Assembly: GCF_031769215.1 (NCBI RefSeq)
Contig: NW_026781861.1
Location: forward strand, 744,001 to 808,000
Direction of reading: 5' to 3'
Length of the DNA: 64,000 nucleotides
Origin: Ylistrum balloti
Lineage: Eukaryota
Both the position numbers and the translations under genes were made by a program. Below the pieces are notes generated by a model. The model searched no databases. It saw nothing but the letters and a program-made list of their open reading frames with translations, and was not told where the DNA came from. Shown piece by piece: positions 53,939-64,000 of this stretch. The stretch's first letter is position 1. Each line of letters starts with the position of its first letter.

Positions 53939-56717
53939 AATTTTTCCATGGTTTGAATTTTGATTTTGGAATATGACATTATAATGGTTTTATTAGACGT
54001 TTGATATCAGCGTAGTGTTTTCTGATCTTTTATTGAATGCATAATGTACATGCATTTCAGTGTATGTATTATACTTTGTAATGCATAAATATATAAACAA
54101 ACGAAATGGAAAAAAGTGTTATTTGATTTAAAATTTACTTAACTGGTACATTTTAAAATTCATTTCCTGCCTTTTTATATATATAAAATCTTCAAACCTT
54201 ACATGTGATTAAGTCATTAACAGATGTCCATGATAAAAGATTATGTATTTATTTATGTAAGCTGCAAGAACTGGATATGAATTTAGTTGTATATAATAAA
54301 TACCAATTATGAAGCATAAATGATATCTGTGTTTATTCCTTGAAAAAAAAAGATATATAAAATGCATAAACGGTTCATAGCAAGTGCCATTAATATCAGT
54401 TTATCCTCTTTATCCGGAAGTCTGATCTAACACATTAAATTTTTTTATGGAATTGTGCCCCAACTTCCAATGTCTTGCAGTGAAAGCACAGAAATCTGAA
54501 ATCCAGTCCATGCCAATTGTTTTAACAGTTTCACATCCATCAACATTGATATATTGCATACATTATGATGTAGTTGGTGTGTTGTAATGAAATATATTTA
54601 TATTTTGTCTGATTTCTCACTAGGTATATCATCACAGTAAGTGTATTTTTTAAACCACAGTAAAAACAAAACTTTACCTGATGACTGATAAAAGTATGGC
54701 GAATAACTCCCATGTTTATTGGTAATTTAAAAAAAAAATAAGACAGTTGTTTAGAATTCTGATAAACTCTAATTCCATTGAAATTTCACTCATAATTATA
54801 CAAGAAGTACTGCAAAACTCCAATACTTCATCAATTTTGTGACCTCATTATCAATGGCAATACTAAACCTCTTTCAAAGCATATATAGAACATTTTTCTT
54901 TTGGCCACCGATAACATGTTATCAGGTAATCAAGCGTTTGAGAGCAATTCTGAGAAACAGATTGATGAATGCTTGGCATTGGTTACAAGTGATGTATATT
55001 AAGTATGATTATACAACTGTTGATTATCAACAGGCTGTTTCAGATATGAGATCTTGTTTCTCTCCTCTCTTACTATGTCATCCTAAACTTTATTTTCCAT
55101 TCGATGTGCCTCTTGACACACGTCCTGATGAGTCAGGTTATTGGGAGGACGTTAAAATCCTTAAACACTTTTATTATCTCCAGTTACCATTTTGCGCTCA
55201 AAGCAAACAAATGCAACTTGGAAAACCGGTAGAAAACAATAAAGGTATGAAAGTATGTGTGAATTATCAATGCAATAAGCTAACAACCTGATTTTTTAAA
55301 CATTTTCAAACAAAAGATAAAAATGTGAAATAACATATCAACAGGCGTGTTAATGCGCCTCCATACCTGTTGTCAGATCAGAAACTGTAAGAACTCCAAC
55401 ATTCTTTATAAAATGCTTAGTAAACAATTCTTGATTGACATTGTTTTAGTTCTGAAGGCCAAACTGACAAAGTCAGTCATAATTAGAGATAAAAACATGC
55501 CTCTGTTACTGAAGAAATATTTCAAGCCAATCATTTAACGATTGTTGGCTGTTACAATCAGACTTCGATCGTTGTTCATTCTGTTTCTATTTCTGAAAAA
55601 AAGTAGATACATATTTTCTCATTTTCAAATAAAAGCTCCATTTTAGTTCCACTTGGTGCCTTTTTATTTTTTTCATTTTGAAATGTGACATTACTTACTT
55701 TGATCAAGATTTTACATTGCGAATGTCGATGATGGAGAATAAAATGTTATCTCTCCTGGAATGCATGGGTTTTAATCTCCTTGTATCTTTTTAAAGGTAA
55801 CTTCTTTCTTCATATTTTACCCCATTTCAATCGCTTATGGATTAAGATTCAGTTGCCGTGACGGTATTGTTTTGTTCAGTGTTTGAGATTTAGCGAGGAA
55901 TAAATTACCCATAATTCAAATGTATACTACTGATAAACCATGTGATATCGGCATTTTACCAGATATAAATATATAATTTTTGGGAACTTTTATTTACAGA
56001 AGTTAATAAAATTATTATTCAGGTTTCTACTTGAAATACGATGATAACCAATTTGAAAGTGAGGTTCATATAGTATATATCAATTATGGCAGTCGTCTAA
56101 TTATATGCTATCATATGTATCTCTTCATGCATGTAATTAAGGACCACGCCGACATATACATTCCATATACCCTGATATCCCACCACAACACAACCAGAAG
56201 TGACATCTCTTTGATATTCGCTTCCCCACCTGGCTTATCTTTGACATTACAAAGATAAGTCCAGGTTGTATATGACAGTTGATGTAAATGATTCATAAAA
56301 CCCTAGACCTTCCGGAACGTCAGGTCAGGTCTTGTAGAACTCTCGGCCATATCTCAGCTGACATGTTACCAGGTCCCACGACGTGGACGTGGTTCTACAC
56401 GGGACCCGAATATTTGGAATAGTAAATCGTCTGTGTTGTAAATGGGTTGTTTTTAACTTTATTCAATTGCTTTATATTACCTACATTACAATATGAAAAT
56501 CAAAGTTGTTAAAGATATTTTTCTTAATTAAAAAAAAGATTTTGAAATTGTTGGACCAACATTATCATTTAAGTCTATTTTCAGGGAAGCTATGTTCTTA
56601 TCAACTACTGTATGATTTCATATATACTTTGTATATAAAAAAATACTGTTGTGTTATGTATTTTTATGCTATTTACTGAAAAAACAAGTATTTACTTCTT
56701 GTCTATTCAAAAGACAT

Positions 56718-57028
56718 CTTACAGGAACAATAGAATTTAGCCCACGAACTAATTTAAACCAAACTGGGTACTATTAGTAGAACCTTGAGAGGCAAACAAG
56801 GAAATGAGTTTTAAGAATCCAAAAGGCCCCAGGGGCCTGTACTATAACTTATTTAATGTAGTGAACCACAGGTGTATACCAAGGGTCAGTTTTTGGTCCA
56901 AAAACCTATTAAATAGATAAAAACTTGTATTAATTTATACTATATTGTAATTAGCATGTTTACCTTTACATTGTGATGTCAAATATGTAACAAAAAACTG
57001 AAAGATAATTTCTATTGTTCCTGTAAGA
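56718..57028. mobile_element. Possible MITE bounded by a 19-bp inverted repeat
   Basis: TCTTACAGGAACAATAGAA (56718-56736) and TTCTATTGTTCCTGTAAGA (57010-57028). No clear TSD. Confidence 0.5.
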
Positions 57029-57652
57029 GTGCGATAAAATGTTCCTGGATGCCATATGAATAAGAGTTTGGTGATAGATTTATTTTTCCTTTCTTGTAAA
57101 AACAACCCAATCAAAACAGGACATTTACTTTATTTTATATGTCCGAAACATGAATTGGTTCTGATTTCCAACGATAACCGTTGTATATATAAGCCAATCA
57201 ACGTCAATGCTTTTGCTGAAACCACGAGGGCAGCATGCATCGACTAAATTATTTACATACGGTGTCTATTGTTATCTGATATATAAGCTGTGATGTCACA
57301 CTTTCATGCGTGTTTTCAGCATGTTGTTATTGTTAAATTCACCATTCATGTAGAGTTTAAACATATCACATATAAAAATAGTGTTATAAGGAAACCTGGA
57401 ACTTCAAATACTTTAACAAAGTACCATATATAATAATATACATACATTACATCATATATAAAACATTTAAAATGCTGAAAATGATTATATACAAACCTGA
57501 CGCTGTTGACCAGGGCCTGTTTTACGTTTTGAACCGATAATGATAAAAATATACCAACCTTATACACGAAAGATCCATTGTCACGTGGTACAAAACTTAT
57601 TTTAATATTATGATACACGAGCATAGGTAGCAACATATAATATACATATAGA

Positions 57653-57698
57653 TTTATTAAGTCATCATGCATGTAAATAAAAATTGCATATATTTATT
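57653..57698 (-). terminator. Candidate polyadenylation signals of the SRCR gene
   Basis: Minus-strand AATAAA at 57698-57693 and 57658-57653, about 70-115 nt after the predicted stop at 57769. Confidence 0.5.
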
Positions 57699-57768
57699 GC
57701 ATCAAATTTGATAATAAATAAACAAAGGCATCTTATTCAAGAGTCAATGATTAGTCATACAGACGTTC

Positions 57769-60700
57769 TCATTTATATATGTCTAAAATCACGAGAAAAA
57801 TCAATTGAACATAGGTATGTTAATATATTTTACTTTCGTAGATATCAATTTAATCTCAATATTATTACAAAGTATACTTTAAGTTCTAAATTCACTATAG
57901 ATTACAAACATAAACAAAGGCACAAAAGGGTTGTCAGGTTTACCTGATTCGTTGAAGCACAAGACACGTGGTTGATTATCACAGTAGCTAACCACACCCC
58001 AACCGTCAAAAGGACAGTCTGCCAGGTTGGCCTCGGTACCAGAACATCCTAAATTGGCCATCCATATGGGTTCATTTGGTACACCCTGCCATCCCTCCAG
58101 TACCTTTCCACTACTGGAATTTAACAATCCTAACTCATTAGCATTAAGTCCCATACCAAACAATATATATAAAGTTTGCAATTTTTGTTTTTCTTATGTT
58201 ATATATCGTTCATTAATGACACATTCGATTCTAATGATCAAATAACCATTTTTTGAATTTATGAAATTTACGGTCAAGAGGTCAAGGAGTCAAAAGATAA
58301 GTTGGGGTCAGTATTTCATGTAAATATGTATCGATACATATCAGGTAAATTTGGCAAAAAGAGAAATGGAACATTGCTTAAACGTTATATGATTTTATTA
58401 AATCTGTGGGGCTGAGATTAAAAGGCGGGGCCAAATAGGAGAAAATGGGATGGGGTCGTTTTAGAAAATCTTCTGTACACCTACAGATAGCAGAGGGTAA
58501 TATCACATTTAATTATAATTATGAACAAGTCCTTTTCTTAGAATTGATGAAATTAATGGCCTTGAGGTCAAAGGGTCAAACTGACTTTTGGGTCTTGTCT
58601 TCCCATTATTGACTTGATTCCTGAGTCATAACCTCGGGGAAGTTATGATTTCAATCCAATCACCATATAACATTGCTTGAAATCAGGGAATAAAATCAAA
58701 GGGAATGTTAGAACTGATCCAGTGTTTTGGTCCCAACCCGCGTCTGGGATTTAATTCTTCAGCCTAATCCGGACATAGTCGTGACTTTGAAATGTTTGAG
58801 ATACCACAACTATAATCATGCAGATTGGGCAGAAAGAACTGTCTTAATCCCGTGGTGGTCTTAAGAGAAGTTTCACTGTTAACGACAAATTAAATGTCTT
58901 ACATGTTCAATAAATATGTTTCACCTGTAATGAAGCATTCTGCAAGCGACTGTAGCATCACTGTCGTTAAAGGTGTTCTTTGCTGAACAAACAGTTCCCC
59001 AGTGTCCACCGTAGTATATCTCCAGTCGCCCAGCAGAACTGTTGAGTTTGTCCACTAGGCGAATATCTACTGTAGAAACTGCTCAAAGAAAACGTATGAA
59101 AGTTACCTGTCAAATAATAATGTGTGTACGGCTTTCTTCCCTTTATACAACAATTGTTGTTGTCCGATAATAGATACAAGAGGCTCTATAGCCTATCATA
59201 TTTACTCAGATATGTCAGTCTGAAAACCAAAAACAATTGTAGAAAAAATCACCGTTTAATCAAAACCGGTGCCTGTACCAAATTTCAATTTTCTTTAGGA
59301 ATTAGAAAAAAAATCCGCTATTGGATCTAGTCCCTGAATTGTCTCTCCTTCACCAAACAATGCTTCTGGCTAAATGTCCTGTGTCTCCTGAAGAAGGATT
59401 GCAAAGAAATTGCTCTTCATTATATGCACTATTTGGTTCAGAACCCATCTTTAATAGCAAATTGGTTTCCTCTCTCCGACGATGCTTCCGATCAAATCTG
59501 ATCAACACAATTTCGTTCTAACAGCAACATCGTAAAGTGATTTCTCTATTTCTACTATTGATCCTCGCCCTCCAGTCTCAAGGGTCCGATTCCGACCAAA
59601 TTTACACCAAATTCTGTCATTCTTCTATAGAAGATAAATTTCAAAGAATTTGCTACATACACCTCCATTTGGGGAGACAAGCTTTTGAGACTCTATATTT
59701 TAATTTTTGGTTATGTCACCAGATCTTTCATGAAGTTATTATAAACACAGCCCGTCATTTACTTACATAATATTGTCACCTTTTAATCTAGCTACACTGA
59801 CGGAGAGGAGTCATACTAATGTCCAGGACCTCAGGATCAGTCTTTGCTTTAACATAATATTTTCGGCATACTGAACATGGAGAGCGACTGAATTTGAGTA
59901 GTTAAGTTTAAACATACCTGTGGTGTTATAACAGAACACATTAGCAGGATAGTTTTCACAGCTGTGAACTTGACCCCATCCGTGAAATGAACAACTAGCC
60001 AAACTTTCTTCCGTACCGTTGCATTGAACTCCTTCCATCCATACAGGTTCTGTTAGATTGCCATAACGATTGGTTCGAAAGACTCGACGACCGTTACTAA
60101 ATATAATGAATATAAAGATACCGACTTTAAAATGATGATGTATTGTATCAGATTCACATTTAATGGAATCTTTGATATCTATGTATATTCGTTGTTATCA
60201 TTTGTGGTAGTTCTTCATCCTTGTAACATGCATCCCTCCATCATCCATAACTCTAGAGGTTACGCTCACCATCGCTCTCTCACTACTGGGACATGTCATT
60301 GTAAAATTGGAAAATTGAACCGTTCCACGTGCAAAACCTTGCGGATAAGACGAGAAGACTTATTTGATAATTTGATGTACATCAAGCGAATCTCGAGGTC
60401 ACATAACGGTATAATGTTTTGACTTTGAAGCTGGGTGTAACTCATTTATGATCTTCAAAAGGTCATATCAGTCTGTGATTGGTCAGTTTTTCCCTTCTCT
60501 TGAAACAAGCTATTGACCAATAAAATTAATTCGCTTATCCCTTTCAGTTTTGCCATAAAATAATCCAGAGGTGCAGAGAGCGAAAGTGATTGTAATCCCC
60601 GGAGTATCGGGGATGGCATCCTTCAGGGAGTCCATTGTTATTAGTCGGCTAATATAAACTTTTGATGCATGTTGTGCACGACATAGAAAACGACATCTAC

Positions 60701-62290
60701 CTGATAAACATGGATTTTTCAGTTGATGTGAGTTTATATTTCAGCTCAAGGATGATATGACAAGGACCAGAGCACGTCTTAGAGATTGTCATGAGTGTTA
60801 ATCGCTTACATTCCCAAAATACATTAATTAATGTGTAGTACCTGTATCCCAACATTCGACAAGTGACGTTAGCATTCTTGTTGTCCCAGTCAAAGAAGTC
60901 ACAAACGGTTCCCCAGTAACCAGCGAAGTACACTTCTACACGTCCCACATGTGGTCCTGGATCTCCCGTAAGACGGACGTCAAAATCCTTTTCTAGAAAA
61001 TTCCATAAAACATATCCGAGCATTTAAACTTGATCGCGTTTTAACGTGTTATGTGTCCATTTCAGACTTACTAAACGTACGTAATTACCGGATGGTTAGT
61101 GATATGGATATAGAGGTACGAAAGCTACAAAGGGGTGACATTTTATGACATTTACACAAGAGTGCTTGAATGCATAGTTACCGAGCAGAATGTCCATCAA
61201 CCTGCAGAGAAGAGGTGTGCGCTGTTTGTGTTACATTGATAGAAGATGAGTAAACCAATGTTGAACAGTTTATTGTTTTGTTATAGTCTACCACGTGACC
61301 CACAAATTAACATTTGTGAGAAAGACTTTGGCTTATATCCCCGGCCGACACATACCACAGCACTTTAAAATGGTTTTTACTTCCTGCTTCTCCTTTCAGC
61401 ATTGTAGTTGTGTAATGAGTGATATACCCGTTATCTGTATATTGTGACCAAATGGTGGTTTATCCTCTTGGAGATCTCCCGCAATATACTTCAGTAAGAT
61501 AGGACTGTAAAATCGGCTTCAGTTCTGCACTATCATACATCGGCTTAAACGAATATTTCGCACTCTCACAAAACACACGCACTCAACATATGCACTCACC
61601 TCGCATGCATCAAGTAGCCATATTTTAATAACCCTGGCTGTTGATAAGACGTTAAACGAAGCAAACGACACCATTTAAGCCAGGCGCCACATACACTAAA
61701 ATCTAACCACAGACAAAATATCCCATTTCATGCTTACATTTATATCATCTCGATCTTTTTATACACTTTTTATTTCAGATCAAGCAACGTGATAGTTCTC
61801 AAACGATCTGAAACAATTATCTGGATTTGAGTGTTTCAGGTTGAGTTTACGAAAATATATGAGGTCTTGTACCATTTAATAATTTGTTTTGAAAACAGAA
61901 TTTTAGATTATTTATGATGTGTCCCTAGAACAATACATCTGCAACCAACATTACAGAAGGAAAGCAATATATGAGTAATAGATAAAAAAAAAGTCGACAG
62001 GACATGGCTTATATTGGTGATTTTAAAATTCCATTTCATTCCTTTCTTAAATCTCACTTATCTGGATAAATTAATGTTAGCAGTAACATTTACATCCTAT
62101 TCTTGAACTATTACCTTTTTCTGTCGAGAAACAGATCACACCTGCAGTTCCACTCTGATTACAACTGTCGATTCCCCAACCACTGATTGAGCAATTTTCT
62201 AAATTTTGTTCCGTGCTGTCACATTCAATTTCCATCAAAGGCGAACCAAAGCCAGTACCGAAGAACGCCGTTCCTACATTCAGACCATAA
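57769..62290 (-). CDS. Scavenger-receptor cysteine-rich (group A SRCR) repeat protein, 3' portion (2.5 SRCR domains visible; 5' end not found)
   Basis: Exons 62290-62115, 60992-60842, 60096-59918, 59069-58925, 58113-57944 and a probable terminal exon 57782-57769 (DIYK*), all in phase. Motifs: VRLTGDPGPHVGRVEVYFAGYWGTVCD..W...ANVTCRMLGY / PVWMEGVQCNGTEESLASC...WG..HSC; IRLV...AGRLEIYYGGHWGTVC...ATVACRMLHY / PIWMANLGCSGTEANLADC. Each domain has six Cys and is split over two exons. Confidence 0.9.
58250..58575. repeat. Decayed interspersed repeat with internal ~285-bp periodicity (ggtcaa-rich, bivalve-type non-autonomous element)
   Basis: gaatttatgaaatttacggtcaagaggtcaaggagtcaaa (~58255) and gaattgatgaaattaatggccttgaggtcaaagggtcaaa (~58540) are related. 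The family assignment is from memory only. Confidence 0.4.
61320..61670 (+). mobile_element. Near-full-length decayed tRNA-derived SINE (MetaSINE-like)
   Basis: Degenerate B-box/head (tatatccccggccgacacataccacagcactttaaaatgg), central domain (cccgttatctgtatattgtgacc...gcaatatacttcagtaagataggactgtaaaa) and 3' tail (ccctggctgttgataagacgttaaac). Resembles bivalve MetaSINEs from memory, and the core is shared with 38790-38930. Confidence 0.65.
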
Positions 62291-62394
62291 CTGAAACCAA
62301 AATTTGAATGCTTTCAATGATAAGATGATTGCAAAACATACGGAAATGTGACGACGGCATTCACAGGAGATGGGACCAAATATTTAATTAAACT

Positions 62395-62590
62395 TATACT
62401 TAAAGTTATAGCAACAACTATTAATTACCCTGGTTGGCCAGACAGCAGACACAAGAGTGGTGTTAATGTTGGCGGAAACATGAGTACCCGGGATGAATCC
62501 CAGGAGCTGACTCCCTCCCCGACCTTTTCACGTCCATTCGGGAAATCGATTCGCAACCCACGCACCCAACATGGATCAAACAAACAAGGG
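62395..62590 (-). mobile_element. Decayed V-domain SINE (V-SINE-like)
   Basis: The minus strand has a B-box-like gaatcgatttccc followed by gggattcatcccgggtactcatgtttcc, which resembles the V-SINE core ggttttctccgggtactccggtttcc. Recognised from memory and not database-checked. Confidence 0.55.
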
Positions 62591-64000
62591 CCACTTCATA
62601 TGAAACAATGGTGAATTGTCAAATCTAAGATATAGTACGTGTAAATAAGTTTCGCGCATTCTACATTTCAATGATGTTATTTTTCGATAGCAGAATTTTA
62701 GGGATGTCAGGTTTAACATGACAGTTTGACGTATGATTAGAACAAATAACCTAACTATCACAGGAAGTGACTCCGAAACGAGTTTCGCAGGTCCATTTAG
62801 CTATCTGTGCTGTCTTGGTGACATCTGGTCATTGTCAACGTTACGTGGTAGCTCTTGTTGATGTAAAGTGTTATCGAGTGAACAACAGACACAGTCAGTC
62901 TTTCCTTCATTGGCAATACGTTAAAAACGTTCTTGTTATTGAACATTTCTGTACTGTACTTACTGAACAGGTATTTGCGCTCCGCGATAGAATTTCAAGC
63001 ATTTTAACAAAGAGTGCTACATGACAAAGAAGTTACGATAGCGTGCTGTTGTTAACTCAGTGTTACGTGGTCATTAACACAAACAAAATTTAACATTATT
63101 AATAAGTCATGATATCAAAATGTAGACATACAAAAATAATGGGACATTGTTGATGTTCATCGACGCTTTTGTGGTAAAATCATATACACTGAAATAGTGT
63201 CTAAATTTTGGAATTGTGAAACAAAAAGGACCTAAACCCTTTGTGATGAATGTCCTCCTACTTAAAGCGCTACCTTCAGGTTTACGTATAAAAACCATGG
63301 GAAAATTGTGATTTATCTGTCAATTATCCACTTTACTATTCACGTCAGATTAGCCGTCGTTAGAACACAGATAATTTTCACAACTTGAGATCAAGATGAA
63401 GATGTGTTGTGTTAGTCATTTCCGAAAAAAATACAATATGTTACTCATTTGCTTTTTTATAAATGGGACAATACATATAACGTTTATTCACGTGACGACC
63501 ACTTCAATGCTGTGGTTCGCTTCGTTTAAAATCGATCCGTAAAATACTATATGCATGAAATTACGTGTACGTCCATTCCTTGTCAATTTCCTTTAAAAGT
63601 TAAGTTGTTTGTTCCATGATGAAACTTTTCTTATTTCATTAATAAAGTGATATCTCTTTATATTACAACTTGTGATGAGTAAATGCTGTGTGTGTGTTTT
63701 TTTTTTTTTTTTTCGGGTAGAAATGCTTTGTCATTAACCATGGTAATGACCATGGGAATGTCGATATAACTGCCAAGAACAGGTCTCGATATATCGAAGG
63801 TTTTTTCTTTTCGCTTTCTTCGGACCATCGAAGTTTGACTGAAATTAAAATATGTCGCTCCTGATTCTTGTTTTTCTCGCTGAGACAAAAATAAATCTGG
63901 CGGTTCCATAATAGTCATAGTTCAAGATCTCCTATCCATGAAAATTATTCATTTAACCATATCAGGTATCAGAGTCTTTCCTTCTGAGTTCGGTATCTTG

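Noticed and set aside
57141-57243. Possible further SRCR-gene exon (VDACCPRGFSKSIDVDW...) and the ORF at 57346-57672
   Set aside because: A nearer, stronger acceptor at 57783 gives a stop followed by AATAAA signals, and these peptides match no domain I can support.
62400-62600. Candidate missing first half of SRCR domain 1
   Set aside because: No frame gives VRL/GRVEV/WGTVC motifs, and the sequence is better explained as a V-SINE-like repeat.

Overview
AT-rich animal genomic DNA with GT-AG introns. The SINE and repeat content suggests a bivalve mollusc (inference). Three protein-coding genes were rebuilt by hand from splice sites and reading-frame phase. (1) Minus strand, 34094->20916: an 18-coding-exon, 948-aa membrane-anchored reprolysin (M12B, ADAM/ADAMTS-like) metalloprotease. 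Its order is signal peptide, Cys-free prodomain, RDKR furin site, intact HELGHSLGASHD zinc motif, Cys-rich region, two ShK-like 6-Cys modules, a Thr/Pro mucin stalk, a TM helix and a PTAP-bearing tail. (2) Plus strand, 40598->52108: the Golgi reassembly-stacking protein GRASP55/65 (GORASP), 11 exons. It has a candidate 21-nt in-frame micro-exon just before the PDZ2 internal ligand and an exact GASE (ACGTGGC) Golgi-stress element upstream. (3) Minus strand, >62290->57769: the 3' part of a group-A SRCR repeat protein with no C-terminal anchor. The 6-kb gap between the divergent protease and GORASP genes holds a 5'-truncated CR1 LINE, a decayed mariner and a SINE piece. More SINEs, MITE-like elements, tandem duplications and minisatellites are scattered through the window. 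The first ~20 kb has no gene I can support, only repeats, regulatory-looking motif clusters and a few orphan exon-like or decayed coding segments. I found no CRISPR, rRNA or intact tRNA, and no clearly new multi-gene system. The best leads are the GRASP micro-exon, the protease architecture, tail and 5' end, and the GASE site.
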